Shown: in pieces, positions 13,401 to 28,562 of the stretch | How positions within the stretch are numbered: position 1 is the first letter of the stretch | Layout: each line of letters starts with the position of its first letter | Assembly: GCF_009914755.1 (NCBI RefSeq) | Contig: NC_060942.1 | Strand: one strand, 5' to 3' | Length of the DNA: 64,000 nucleotides | Source: the human T2T-CHM13v2.0 reference genome, Homo sapiens | The notes under the pieces: generated by a model | The model's database searches: none | The model's input: the letters and a program-made list of their open reading frames with translations, nothing else | What the model was told of the DNA's origin: nothing | Translations under genes and position numbers: made by a program

Positions 13401-15179
13401 TGTGTGCATATTCATTTTCATGATAGACTTTAGTAAGTCTAAAAATGTCACCATATATTCTTGGTGTATATAAGTAGATACCTCAAAATCATGAGAAAGA
13501 CAGTGATGGTAACATTGAACTGAGAGGATCTTTGAAAAACCTAAAAACTTACAAACTTCCTTGAAATGTAATTTTAGTTTCTTAAATAATTTGAGATACG
13601 TAATTCTGTAAAAAAAGATTCATCACTCTACAATAAGTTGTCTTTACAAATATTATTGCTATAAATTAAAATTTTCCTTTACTTCTGAAGTACTTACTAT
13701 TTTTATGTAAAAACAATGGAAGCAATTCGGCAGAATGGCAGTGATTAACATAATAAAAAATTTAGAAATTTTTCATAGTTACTTTCAGGCATTTAGACAC
13801 TTTTACCTACAACTTCAAGCTTCCTATAGCTTTCTATCTTCATTTAAATTAGTATTTTTGTATTAGTTTCCATAGTCATTTAAATTTAATTTTTGATACT
13901 TGATTAGTTCCTCCTTCAGTTTTCAATCTTTTCTTCCCACAGGTAATTTGTGTTCATTAACTACAAGATTTTTTAATATATGAAAGGAAAGGCTGCCATT
14001 TCTGTTACTGCTTTCTTCAGATCAGAAATAACCGTGTGTGTGTGTGTGTATGTGTGTGTTGCACATATATGCGTTATGTTTTCTGGTAGAACAAATAGAA
14101 ATAATGTCTGCGTACAGTGCTTGTATGTGATATATAAAATAAAAGTTTGTCAATCTTGATATTAGCTTCAAAATTAAATTCTTAGATGGCCAGAATCATA
14201 TTTTAAGTTTTTAAGGATTTTAAAAATACTGGCAATTTTGGCTTTGAATATTCTACAAAACAACCATGAAAAAAATCCATGAATAATGTTTAGTTTTTGA
14301 GAAATTATATACTTAATGGTGGTGTGATTATCATATTTTTGTATTATATAGTTATATATATTACCTATAGAATAAAAAATATAAAACTAAATGAGTAAAC
14401 TGGAAGTTTGAAGGAATGTTTTAAATGTACAACTAGGGGATTTTAGAGAATTAGCCTTTCTCTTTCAAAGCTCATAGTGCCTGGATATATTGGTCACTAG
14501 TTACATAACAATTAGAGGTTCCCACTTCTCAGCTCTTGGATATCATGTACCTGGAGCACAGTCTACCTTGGCACCCTAATTTATCAAATCAGCTAGACAA
14601 TTTAAAAATCCCCTGAAAATGTTTCTAGCCCTGGAACATCAAAGTAGCTTGGCTTTCTATTCAGTGACTGCATCCTCTTCCTCTAAAGCAGTCTACTCCC
14701 ACAGTGGTGTTCTGAACACAATTCACAAGAAATGTATTTTCTTTGGAAACAACCTGTTTTTCCATCTTTCTCATGCCTTCTTTTCCTACAAACCTCCTTT
14801 GAAAAAAATCTCAATTTATTTTTTTGAATTTTTGCACTCGATATTTTTTCTCATTCTAAGAACTATGGTGATACATTTCAAGTAAAGATAAAAAGTATCT
14901 TAATTTCTCATCATTTTTTTCTGTGGCCTGGTGCTGTTATAAAAGTAAAATATTAAATTCTATTGTCTAATGTGTTAAAACATAGAGTTTATACTCTCAT
15001 TTAGGGCTTTTAATAATACTGAATAATTATTGTGCTTGTTCCTGATGGTGTTGTTGAAATGCATTTTACATTTAACAGTCTCACTAAATTTCTTAACATC
15101 ATCATCTACATTTATTTCTAGCAAATGCTCTTCCTGCTTAGGAGAGAAAGAGTTGACAGGCTTTGAGTTAATTTCTTAC

Positions 15180-15930
15180 CTTCACTCATTCATTCATTTA
15201 ACTTAAGGGCTTAATCTGCCCTCTGAAAGATATCATGTTTTACATTGGAGAAACAAGAATAGATTATGACTTCTCCCTTAAGGGATTCAGAAATGGATAG
15301 AAAACAAATATATCAGCAATATGTGCATCAAGGTAGGTACCGTGAAGGCATATGTAATACATATTGGACAGAACCGGACACAAAGTAATTTTGATAGGAA
15401 AGACTACATAGATTATAAATACATATTGACATACATATTGGAAAGAATATTCCAAGAAAAGGCATCAGTATGTAAAAATTGTGCAAGTGTTAAAGTGATA
15501 TAGGGTTCGAGGAACTATAGGCACTTGTTTGTGATGGAATCACAGAATAACATTTTCAACAAGTAATTAAAAGAATTAATTGAGAAACAGTATGATGTGG
15601 CTGAGAATGTGAAAAGTTGGAACAGTAATAGCAGTTTGAGGATGTTTACAACAGTTCAAGGAATAAATGATGATGTCTAAAATGAGACAAGGGCACTGGA
15701 AAGAGAAAGGAGTTATACTAGATACTGAGGAGCTAGAAATGGAGAAATTTGGTGGCTATCTGAACAGAGCCATTGAGGAAGAGGAATGGGTCAATATTGT
15801 TGTTGGTGTCTGAGAACTGAAGTATAGGAAGGAAAGCCAATTTTTGAAGAAAAGATTTTGAGCTCTGTTTTGCCCATATTGATTTTAGGTACATTTTAAA
15901 CACTCACAAGGAGACATACTCATTTGAATG
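15180..15930 (-). mobile_element. L2 LINE fragment
   Basis: TTCACTCATTCATTCATTTAAC antisense tail followed by a purine-rich L2-like body. Confidence 0.65.
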
Positions 15931-16999
15931 CCACATGCTTCTAAATATAACAGGAGGCTTTTTCCCCTCAAAAAAATATATCCAAGTAAAGAAGGAGTAT
16001 CTTGGATTTGAATCCCTACTACAGCTCTCATATTATGAGGATGTTGGGTTTTTTTTTTTCAATTACTTTATTTGGAGCATCAAAGCATTGTTGAGAGAAG
16101 ACACATTAACTGAAGCCTGAAATAACTTCAATCAATGCTAATTTGGGATATTCATAGAGGTCACCAATAGAAAAGCAAAACAAGAAGCAAAGAAAATTAA
16201 CAAGTAGGCATTATTTCTGGGAGTGTGACCTCACAGGTTTAAAGGCTGCATGTCATTTTAAACAAGATCATTAAATAATTTAAAGAAGCAATAGAGAAAA
16301 TGGGTAGGTAGCAGAGATCATAAAGACACTCCATGAAAAGCGTAAATACAACATATTCTAATGTTGTACAAATGACTTACTGTGGCTTTGAACAAAATTT
16401 ACAGTGACAGCAAAATTCATGGATTCAACATTGACTACCTCTCATGTAACATAACGTAGATGCTCATGAAGATGATATCTATAAAAATCTGTGTTACATA
16501 AATCTAAAAAGTCACCCTAATAAAATTAGAGTCTGATGTCGAAAATTAAAGTTTGAATAGAATGGTTTCATTATTATTTTATATAATATGTGGTTTTAAA
16601 TATGTATGTATAAGTAAATTAAATATTATGATTAGACTTTTGAATATTTAATCTGCAGTCTGAGAGTACATATTTAAAATTTCCTTTAGGAATTTAGATT
16701 ACTTTATATTTGTGTTTACCTTATCTTTCAGCGTTCATGTTAAATGGATCTAGAGCTCCCAATAGCAGTGTGTAGCTTATAGATGCCAAATAAGGATTTG
16801 AAGCACATACTATATGCATTGAATTATCAGCCTTTACCTTTCTATGGTACAATTTTTACCCTACCAGGTATGTTCAGTTTATGCAATTGTATTATTTCAA
16901 GTAATTACTTTCCTTTCAGTTTTTTTACTAGAACTCTAACTTAGCCCCCAAGCCAGATAATAGAGCTAGAGCCCAGCTTCTTAGCACTTTATCACCTTC

Positions 17000-17420
17000 T
17001 GATCAGGGTATTATATTGAAAGCCATAATATTTCCAGCTCCTAACTGGTGTTCTGCTCTAAATTAGATGTGTCCCTTCTGGATTCAAATGCAAACATAGG
17101 CAATGGCTAGAGACAACTGCTGCTGTGCTACATCCACTAATTAAATCTCTCCAGGTATTGGGGTGGTCATTGAGGCTGCATAATAAACGAGAAGTTTAAA
17201 GTGTTGTGGACAACCATCCGGCAATCACAGTGGGGAGGCAGGTGACATTATGAAAGTACAAGCAGAGAGACAGAAAGAAACCAGGTTTATGAACAATATT
17301 TTAAAATCTTCACTCAAAATCCTAAGGTCTGCTTAAGTTCTTGCTATATGTCAATGAAAATCTTTTATTATTTAAGCTATTTTGTGTGTGATTTCTTTTA
17401 TATGCAACCCAATTTAACTT
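17000..17420 (+). mobile_element. Old MaLR LTR (MLT1-like) fragment
   Basis: Ends TTTAAGCTATTTTGTGTGTGATTTCTTTTATATGCAACCCAA, like an MLT1 3' end; heavily diverged. Confidence 0.5.
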
Positions 17421-17499
17421 CATTAATATTTAATCTCGTATATTTTTCTTAAATATGGTAATTTCCCCTTTCCCATTCCAAAGGTGTTCTCTCTGAACT

Positions 17500-18040
17500 T
17501 AGTTTTCCTATATTCAACCCACCGCTCAGCTGAACTTTTACAGGTATTGTTATAACACCCATTGGCTCTAGCTTCTCTGAGTAGTGGGTCTAAAGTTCTT
17601 GTCATGACATTGAAGGCCTCTATAACCTAGTTCCTTTTAAATTCCCAGACACATTTCCAGACACTCCCTGTAACACTATGGTTCCCCAAGTCCTTTTTTT
17701 CCCACAATTTGTAGTTTACACATGTTAACCTCTGTATCAGATTTGTCTCTTGTCTAATTCTCCAATGAACCTTCTACTCATCTTTCAATACTCAGCTCAA
17801 ATTTCAGTTACACTAGGAACCTTGTTTCCTCATGTAGAGAAAATTGCTCCTCTCACTGTGTTTCCATTGCACTCTTGGATATTTCATGACTGATTAAGTA
17901 ATGTCTTTTATCAATACATATGTATTAGATTATAAGATCTTTGATGACAGAAATTTTATTTTATTCATCTTTTTTTTTTAGGAATCTAGCCCAGTACTTG
18001 GCAGATATCCATGCGCAGCAAACACAGAATAAATGCTAGA
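17500..18040 (+). mobile_element. L2 LINE 3' fragment
   Basis: CCTTCTACTCATCTTTCAATACTCAGCTCAAAT...TAGATTATAAGATCTTTGATGACAG...CCCAGTACTTGGCAGATA are L2 3' motifs. Confidence 0.65.
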
Positions 18041-19099
18041 ATGACAAAAGGCAGGAAGAAAAGAAGCAAAAAAAAGAGCTTTCATGGAACAATTAAAATC
18101 TGAGCGTAGAAGACAGTGTTTACAAGTAAGGAGTATAGTCGGTACAAATCGTAGATGACTCCAATTTAAGAGAGGATTAATAAAATCTGTTAATGTTTCT
18201 CCACTAGGAATCACAAATAATTCATTATTTCATCTATTTCTTGATAACTAGTAGAATGCACCTTATTCATCTGAAGGTTATAAAAAGCAATTCAGTTTTA
18301 GTGTAAAGGCCAAAGTATAAAGAAAACCCAAATATATTATTTTAAAAAGCCAATTGAATCAAACAACATTTTCTTAACAATGCAGCAGAAAACACAAGTG
18401 TACAGACTAGCATAGGATTAATGTAGATACACTGACAGAAGGTGCTTTCTAATGGTGACCATGAGATTTTTCAGGAATCAGTCTATAAAATTATGAAGAC
18501 TATTTTGTCATAGAAAAAAGAATGCTTTTTCTAGGGTATAGTTATTTATAAGTATATTTTAAAATCAATTATAAAATCACTTTCAGAAATCAATATCACT
18601 TTCTCATTGTAGGGACTGGATATTTCTTTGGGTAATTTCATGCTTTTTATCTTTAATCTTAGGTCCTAAAATGCTCCAGTGCCATTTTAAAATAATTTGA
18701 TATTTCTAATTTGGGGGTACTCTTAAGCATTCAAAAGGACAGTTGGATTGATGAAGATCTTTTCCTGATAGAGAAAGCTAGTATTCAAAATAGAATAATT
18801 AGAAAATCTATCAAGAGTCTGACAGGAGCTGTTTAACTTCATATTATTGGCTAAGAGCACATCCATTTTATTCAGTTTGGGAATAATCTCTCTTCTAGGT
18901 AGTTAAAACCCAGTGTGGCTAGAACTGCATAACTGAGCAATATTTAATCTCCTAAAGTCAATAACACTTGAAATTACAAAAGTATATTCAGTTAAAATGA
19001 GTTCTTATAAAGATTAATTATAATAAAGGTCCAAAGGATATACTGCCTTCTGTAATTTCTATTTTGATTAATGGCATTATTTTCTAAAGAGTCAACCAA

Positions 19100-20015
19100 G
19101 CCAGAAAATAAAGTTATCCTAAATTTCTCCCTCTCACATTATTTCTACTTCCCAATTAAGTTTCCACTCTCTGCATTCAACACCTTTATGTTTTTACTGT
19201 CACTCTGCTAAATTTCTAAATTGTTTTCCCATAGTCATTCTTGTTCCTTGCAAGCTGTTTTCTGTATGTGACTTTCAGACATCCTCACTTCCTCAGTGGG
19301 TCAAACATGAACTATGTTCACACATCCCATATGCTCCTTCCTCAAACTTTTCTGTCTAATTAAATGGTAACTCAATTTTTCCAATTTCTTAGTTCAAAAA
19401 AACTCTTTCTCTCATAACGTAGCAAATCTATCAGTACATCATATAGGCTCAACTTCTTAAATGTATCCAGAATTACCCATTTATCATGATCTTGTTCCAC
19501 TGGTAGCTGATATTCTTATGCAACCCATCCTTATCTATTGCCTGATTTGCTGGCATAGCCCTCTAACTATCCTATCTGCTTCTATGCTTGCTCCATTGCA
19601 GTCTATTCTGCATATACTTTCTAGAAATTAAAAAAAAGAAATAACTCAGATCATGTCTCTCTCTGCTCTAAATTTCTGCTAGTTTTCCATATAATTTTTC
19701 CCTGGCTATTTTGATGAACTTATCTCCTATTACACTTCTTCTTACTCCCTTCATTTCAGCCACTTTAGCTTCTTTGCCATTTCTTTGTACATGCCACACA
19801 TTTTAGCGCCTTGGGGCTTTACATGCAGTATCTCTTTAGCCTAGAACACTCTTCCCTCAGAAAACCACTTGTCTCCTCAAATAATTTTTGTCTGCACTCA
19901 AATATCACTTTATCAGAAAAATCCTCCCTAGCCACTTTTTCTATCCCTTATACACATTTTCTATCCCCTTATACTTTTTAATTTGTATTTGTAGTACTTA
20001 TAACTACCTGATATT
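19100..20015 (+). mobile_element. L2 LINE fragment
   Basis: Pyrimidine-rich; AACTCAGATCATGTC...CTCTGCTCTAAA and GCCTAGAACACTCTTCCC L2 motifs. Confidence 0.7.
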
Positions 20016-20049
20016 TATTTATTTGGAGACCAATAATTAAGTTCCAATG

Positions 20050-22720
20050 TTAAATAGTAAAGGTCTAACGTGCAAAAGCTGGAAGAAGTAGCCATCCCCT
20101 CAAATGTGCAGACATCAATGTAAGGAATCAATGATTGCGAAAAATTAGGGAAATATGACATTACCAAAAAAAACACATAGAGCTTTAGTAATAGTCCCAA
20201 AAGAATTGATGAGTTATGAAATGTCTGGCAAATAATTCAGAATAATTATCTTGAAGAAGCTTAACAAATCACCAAAAGTTATCCTTAGAAAATTAAATAA
20301 AATTAGAAAATAATCCAGGAATAAAATGAGAAATTTGACAAAGAAATATAAACAATTAAAAATAAAAATCCTAGAAATAAAGAATGCAGTAGCTGGACTG
20401 AAAAACTTACTGAAAATCTTTACCAGCAAACTTGATCAAACATTGAAAAGAATGTTCTTTAGACAGAACATATGACATTACTCAATCAGAGGAGCAAAAA
20501 GATTTAAAAAGTACAAATGCTTTTATTATTGCAACAAGTAAATGTCTAGAGGCACAAAACTCAGTGGTAAAAGCAAATATACAGAAAAATTCAAAATAAT
20601 CTAATGCAGTAATCAAGGTATATAAACCACTTATCTATCTTTTGTATGAAGACTAAAAACTATATTAAAAAATAATAACTACAATAACTGGTTAAGCGAT
20701 AAGCACTATCAAATGGATGTAAATTTTAATATCCAAAAGTCAAAATGTGAGAATGGGGGATATTGTTAGTGTATAGTTTGTTTTTGTTTCTTTTCCATCC
20801 TTTGCAATTAAAGTTAAGTTGTTATCAGTTTAAAATAACCTGTTACTATAAGATAGTTTTTGTAAGCCTCATGCTAACCACAAAGCAAAAGCCTATAATA
20901 GATACACTAAAAATAAAGAGCACAGGGTCAAAGCAAACTATAAGAGAAAAGCTCCTAACTACAAAGGAAACCAATAAGAGAGGGACAAAAAAGAAGAAAT
21001 GATGTACAAAACAACCAGAAAACAATAACAAAATGGTAGTTGTAAGTCCTTACCTATTAATAATAACTTTAAAGGTTAATGGATTAATTCCCCAGTAATA
21101 AAAAGTCCTTTATCAAAAAAACAAACAAACAAACAAACGGAAAACCAGGCCCTGATGGCTTTACTGTTGAATTCTAACAAACATTTAAATAAAAACTAAT
21201 ACCAACTCTCCACAAACTCTTCCAGGAAATTAAAGAGGGAAAATTATTTCCAAACGCAATTTACAAGGCAATCATTACTCTGATTCCAAACAATACAAAG
21301 ACAACAAAGTAAGAAAACTATAGGCCAATATCCCTGATGAAGATAGATGAAAAAATTCTCAAAGAAATAGTAGCAAACTGAATTCAGTAGCATATCAATA
21401 ACATCACTTATTATAATTGAGATTCATTCCCGGAATGCAAGGATGGTTCATCATATACAAATGCATAAATGTGAGACATCATATTAATAAAAAGAAAGTG
21501 AAAAACCATATGATTATTTCAATAGTTGCAGATGAAGCATTTGACAAAATTTAACATCTGTTCATGATTAAAAAAAAGAAACCTCCACAAATTAGGCATA
21601 GAAGATGTGTACCTTAACACAATAAAGTTAAAATCCATATATGACAAACCCACACACAGCTAATATAATATGAATGGAAACAAGCTGAAAACTTTTCCTC
21701 TAACATGAGAAGCAAGAAGAGAATGCCCATTCTCACCACTTCTGTTCAATATAGCTCTAGAAGTCCTAGCCAGAACAATTAGGCAAGAAAAAGAAATAAA
21801 ACTTACACAAATTGAGAAAAATGGCTAAATTTGTTTCTGTTTGTAGATGACATAATCATATATATGATATACCAATACTCCACCAAGAAAAAAAACACTG
21901 TTTGAGCTAATAAATAAATTCAGTAAAGTTGCAGGATACAATATCAACATAGAAAAATCAATAGCATTTCAACACACTAACAGCAAACTCTCCAAAAAAC
22001 AAAATAAGAAAACAATATCATTTACCATAGGATCAAAATGAATAAAATACTTAGGAATAAATTTAATCAAGAAGGTGAAAAATCTCTACAATGAAAACAA
22101 TAAAACATTGATGAAAGAAATTGGAGAAGATACAAATAAATGAAAAGATAATCTTGATAATGAATTAAAAGAATTAATATTGTTAAAATGTTCATATTTC
22201 CCAAAGTGATGTACACATTAAATGCAATCTCTATCAAAATGCCAATGACATTCTTCACAGACACAGAAAAAAAAATCCTATAATTTGCATGGAACCCCAA
22301 AATACCTTGGATTAGCAAAAAAAAAAAAATTAAAAAATAAAATAAAAAAAAACTTGAGCAAAAAGAAGAAAGCTGGAGATATAACACAGTCTGACTTCAC
22401 GGTATTCTGTAAAGCTGTAATAACCAAAAGTAGCATGATATGGCATAAAAACAGACATTCAGACCAATGGAACAGAAAGCCCAGAAACAAATTCACACAT
22501 TTACTGCCAACTGATTTTCAGCAAAACTCTGCTAAGAATGTACAATGATGAAGGGAAATGCGTAGTTAGTGTTTAATAGGTGTGAAATTTCAGTTTGGAA
22601 AGTTGAAAAACAGTTCTGAAAATGGATTATGGTAATGGTTGCAGAATAATGTGAATGTCAGAACATTACATTTAAAAATGATGAAAATCACAGACTTTAT
22701 GTATCTTTCACCACATACAC
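20050..22720 (+). mobile_element. L1M (L1MA-like) with internal deletions: ORF1, inter-ORF, ORF2 RT and 3' end pieces
   Basis: CCAGGCCCTGATGGCTTTACTGTTGAATTCTA, GGAATGCAAGGATGGTTCA and the region corresponding to the RT FADD motif (TTTGTAGATGACATAATC); many stops and frameshifts. Confidence 0.9.
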
Positions 22721-24351
22721 AACATGATTGCTTAGGGTACCATTCACTGAGAAGGTGACAAACAAATATTTGATAAAGATGAGGCACCTAGGCCTTTTGA
22801 TATCCCACAAGAAAGAAAGCCTATGTTACTAGAGTAGATTAAAAACAAGTGAAGTAAGTAATGAAGTCAGATAAGTAATGGTATGAAGGGGACAGATTGA
22901 GACAGACTTGAAAGCTGAGAACTGAAAATAGACATTGGATTTAGCAATATACTGTTCTCTGTAGTTAGTACTAATTAGAAAAGGGTAGTTTTCGTGGCTG
23001 ATGTGCTGAAAATGTATATTGAGAAGGAATACAAAAGAATTGGAGGAAAGCATATCCTAAAATATTAAATACAATGAGAGTCACACATTTTTGAGTTAAA
23101 ATAATCCCTTCCATCTAATCTAGTATCCCTTCTTAAGAGAAAGAATGAAAGAGGACTTTTGTAACAGAGCAAAGAGGGTTTATAGATTTGTCTAAGGTTT
23201 TGCAACATATTCTGTGCAATGAATAGTCATTTTCTCACTCTAACATAGAATTTATTGAGTCAGTTTTCACACAGCTTCTCATTTACTCAGAGTCTTAGGC
23301 AACATTTTTTTAGATCCTCAAATTGAATCCAAAAGCTTTTATTCTTTGTGGTTGAGGATTAATATAATAATTAAGGAAAGGTTTTGACTTTGTATTTTAA
23401 AGGTACAACCAAACCATCATGAGTCTTAGTTCACATTTATTAAAAATTTCTCGTTCTTTTTCTCAACTCTAAGTAAATTAAATGAAATGGCCTCCAAGGT
23501 TATTGTCATATGTAGACTATTCAACTGTAGGGTATTGAACTATATAATCTACTTTCATCCCATTAGAGCTGTATCACTCTTAGTCTTCTGTCTAATTGTG
23601 AGTAGACAATCAGATACAAATGGTTTTCAAACGGATTTACTATAAAACACTAGTGGAGGAAAATGTCAGGATCTTAGCTGTTTTTTATTTGAAGTGTAAA
23701 CTATTAACTATTCTAAAAATCCCTTAATTTGAGTATCCTCCACTGAGATCATAAAGTTTGGGGTGATAACATTGGCATAAATCAGTACCTTTTCAAATAT
23801 AAAAGACAAACCTGATAATTAGGAACCTTTACATTTTTTCCTATGCAATTTATTACACTTACCCTATTTAAAGTTAGTTTTTAAATCAAGTGTATACCTG
23901 GATTAAGACAGTAATGTCCTAATTGGTCTCTTTGACTCTAGATTCGCCTATCTCCATTATAGGGTACACACTACTGTATGATTAATCTTATTAAATCACA
24001 GTTCCCAGTGAATCACTTCTTGCTTTAAAAATAGGGCTTATTAACTAAATATTTGCTTTATTGAATTAAGGATGTAAATGTGTGTGTATGACAAAAATGG
24101 TTACCTGTTTTTACTGCACTAACATGATACATTTTTACTAAAATTGTAACAATGTCCGTAAATAACTCATTTTACAAATAACTATTTTTTAATTTATTTT
24201 CTTTTCCCCAAGTGATAAATTTCTTGTTGCTATTACAAAGGGTCCACAATGGTTAAAGTTTGCATATTCAAGGCCTAGAGAATGATCTCTGGAAGATGCG
24301 CGACTGTATAAAAATTTATTTGAAATAACTGTTAAGATTTTATTATAAATA

Positions 24352-24424
24352 TATGTGTGTGTATGTGAGTTTATGTTTGTGTATATACACATATATATCT
24401 TAAAGTCAAATAACCAGACATGCA

Positions 24425-24455
<31 letters not shown>

Positions 24456-24462
24456 ATGTATG
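24352..24462. repeat. Compound (TG)n/(TA)n simple repeat
   Basis: Interrupted TG tracts. Confidence 0.85.
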
Positions 24463-24607
24463 ACTATTCTAACCTTTGTCATAAAATCAAGTTTGTCTCA
24501 AAAGGCAACCAGAGCTTCATTTTCAGCCATGGTACTTACACTATCATGTAAAATGAAGCTGGAAACAAAGGGATAATTGAAAAATGAATATAAAAATCTA
24601 TAAAACA

Positions 24608-24891
<284 letters not shown>

Positions 24892-25440
24892 TTATAAAAC
24901 AACTATTTTTATATATCAGATATCATGCAAAGTTATAGTCTGATCACTTGGAGAGTTACAGAAAACAAGCAAATAAGTGGATTATTGCACTGGCTCTGGC
25001 TTTCTGCCAGGAGGTTCTTTCCTGAATGGGGAAGCAGATCAGCAGCAGAATATTGCAGTCTTGTGGAAGTAAAGAAATAGGTATCAGACTTTGAGCTGAT
25101 GGATATAGCTGGAACTAGTGAGGCAGGTGTTAGAGAGAAGGGAGCAACAACAACAACAAAAAAACAGTTTCAGATATCTGAATAGGAATCTCTGAGAATC
25201 TTTAGCTAAATATTAATCTGTATTTGTATAGATTAAAAAATCATAAGACCAAAACAAATTAACAACTGTTGGGAAACTATAGAATGAACATTTCTCAGAG
25301 CAACGCAAGGCTGAGAGGCATTTGAATTTCATTAGCCCAGAATACAGAAGCTTATTTTAATACTTTGGAAAATCCGTGGATACCACAAAGGGTCATATCT
25401 TAGTAATCAGGCTATTTAGTAATACCTAAAAGAGTTTTCT

Positions 25441-25643
25441 TATTTTTATTTTTTTAGACAGGGTCTTGTTCTGTCACCCGGGCTGAAGCATAAGTAGCAT
25501 GATCACAGCTCACTGCAGTCTCAAATCCCCGGACTCAAAGGGTCTTCCCCACTGAGTAGCTGGGACCAAAAGTGGGTGCCACCACAACTGGATCATTTTT
25601 TTTTTCTTTATAGAGACCAGGTGTCCCTATGTTGCCCAGGCTA
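25441..25643 (-). mobile_element. 5'-truncated old Alu (AluJ-like)
   Basis: AGACAGGGTCTTGTTCTGTCACCC...GATCACAGCTCACTGCAG...CCCTATGTTGCCCAGG; TSD-like TAAA(A)GAGTTT on both sides. Confidence 0.85.
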
Positions 25644-25796
25644 AAGAGTTTAAAATTATGCATTGAATCAGTCTGCTCTGCAAGTAACATAACTACCTGC
25701 CAAATAAATTAAGCATTCTTTAAAGAAAGAAAACTAAATCATAACATTCAACAACATAACAATGTTCTGCAACAAATAAAAATTTACTAGAAACAT

Positions 25797-26390
25797 GTAT
25801 TAGTTTTCTCTTGTTGCCATAAGAAATTATCACTAATTTAGTGGCTTGAAGTATACAAATACATTACCTTGCAGTGTAGTAGGTCACAAGATTAGTAAGG
25901 GTCTCACTAGATTGAAATCAAGGTGTTGACAGGCTGCATTCTTTTCTGGAGGAGCTAAGGGAGAATTGGTTGCTGGTTTATTGGGGTTATTAGCCAAATT
26001 TAGTTTCTGGTGATTTTAGGACTGAGGTCTCTATCGGCCTTATTTACAGTTTTGCAAGCTGTAGAAATCAAGGCTCATTCACAGCTTCCAGAAACTATAG
26101 GGTTCCTGGTACATGGCTTCCTTTTTCCATCTTCAAAGCCAGCAACAGGGGGTGGACTACTTTTCATGTTGCAACTTTCTGACCTCAGCCAGAAAATGAT
26201 ATGCACGTTTAAGAGCTCCTTTAATTAGACTGGCCCACTCAGCTATTCTAGGATAACGTCCTCATCTCAAAGTTTGTATTCTTAATGGCAAAGTATCCTT
26301 TACCATGTAAATATTAAAAATATATTCACAGATTCCAGGGATTAGGGCATGAATATCTTTGAAGGGAGTGGCAGCATTATTTGCCCATTA
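25797..26390 (-). mobile_element. MaLR LTR (MLT1D/E-like)
   Basis: TGTATTAGTTTTCTCTTGTTGCCATAAGAAATTATCACTAATTTAGTGGCTT...GGGATTAGGGCATGAATATCTTTG; antisense MLT1 signature. Confidence 0.85.
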
Positions 26391-28162
26391 TATTATGTGA
26401 AAAACCAAAAAATAAAACTCATGTAAGGATGAAAATCAGTCATTAGATATCACTCCAGAAATGGCAGAAATGATTTGATCTCTATGAAATTCACTGACAG
26501 ACATGGATATATAAAGTCACAAAAATTATAAATATAAGAAATATATACATAAATATTTCTTATATTTATATATTTACAAATATATAATACATATTTCTTT
26601 ATAATATTTTATATTATATATAAATATAAATATAAGAAAAATATGAAAATAATGGGGGGAGAAATTGAAGATATAAAAAAAGACTAGGTCAAAATAATAA
26701 GAACAAATAAATAATACTCAAAAGGAAAAATTTACTCAAATTAACAGCAAGATAAATATCATAGTAGAAAATATTAATGCATTTGAAGACATAGTGACAG
26801 AAACTATTCAAACTGAGGCTCAGAGAAGAGGGAAAAAGCTTGAAAAACTGAACAGGATCTCAGTGACTTATGACACAATATCAAGTGGATTTAATATATG
26901 TATAATTAGAACCCAAGAAGGAACAAAAAGAAAGGAACGATGAATAGCTAAAGGTTCTCTAAATGAGATGAAAAATATAACCTTACAGATCCATAAAATA
27001 CTAAAACCCATTCACAATAATAAAAATAATAATGCACCAAGGTAAATCATAAGTAGATTGTTGAAAATCAGAAATAAAGAGAAATTCTTAAAGACAACCA
27101 TATTCTTCTGTATATACAGAAGAATAAAGATAAGGATTACATAAACTTTTATCAGAATCTATCTTAGTCAAAAAGAAATGGCAAGATCTTTTTAAAGTAC
27201 CAAAAGCAATTATTATTGGTCTACAATATATATTAAGAAAATTTGCAAAAGAAAAAGGGAGAAAGAATCAAGCAATTGTCCAAATATTTGGAAAATGAAT
27301 AACAAAGTTCTAAATAAAAAATCTCAAATGTAAAATTCAAGTACCAAGAATAACTCTCAAGAGAAATTAGTAAATATTTTGATTTGAATGGAGAAAAATC
27401 TCAAAACCAACATATCTAAATTTGTGAGATGCAACTTAAAACAGTGCTTAGAAGGAAGTCTGTGTCATTGAATACTTACATTAGGAAAGAAGAACTGTTT
27501 ACAGCCAAGAGCCTAAACTTGCAACTCAGGAAACTAGAAAAAAAAATAACAGGTTAACCCAAAGTAAGCAGGAGGAAAGGAAAAATAAAGGTAAGAATAG
27601 AATTCAATATAAAAGAAAAAGGAAAAAATTATGAAAAATCTATGGAAGCATAAATTTGCTCATAGAGAAGATCAATGAAATTTTTCCGAAAAAGAGAGAA
27701 AACACAAATCACCAATATTAAGAATGAGAAAGTGGATATTACTACAGGTGCTACCAACTTTAAAGAGTTCACAAAACCTTAATTATTGAAGTAGTCATTA
27801 AGAAGACTGTGTATGTAGAAAATCCTAAGAAATCAAAAATAAAGTGCAAGAATTAATAAATTTAGCAAGTTTGCAGGGTACATGGTAAGAATAAAATTAC
27901 TTTATTTCTATGTTATGAGGCCACACAATTGGGAAAATGCAATTTCAAAAAGTAACATTTACAATAGCACAAAAAACCTGAAATACTTATTAAATGTACC
28001 ACAATAGGTGTAAAACCTGTAAATTAAAAACTTAAAATATTGCTGAAATTTAAAAGTACCTGCATAAACAGTTAATTATGTAAGTGGATCAGAATAGGTA
28101 AATTTAGTATATGTAAATTGTGCTTTAATAGAGCTGTTAATTATAAATAAATATATTTTTTA

Positions 28163-28562
<400 letters not shown>

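Larger units (their letters stand above)
24900..28160 (+). mobile_element. Old L1M (L1MC/ME-like) fragments: 5' UTR, ORF1, ORF2
   Basis: A-rich L1-like sequence (CAACATATCTAAATTTGTGAGATGCAACTTAAAACAGTGCTTAGAAGGAA; TTTAGCAAGTTTGCAGGGTACA), interrupted by an Alu and an MLT1. Confidence 0.75.

Noticed and set aside
20050-22720. Reverse-transcriptase-like sequence suggesting an active element
   Set aside because: Old L1 with multiple stops, frameshifts and large deletions.
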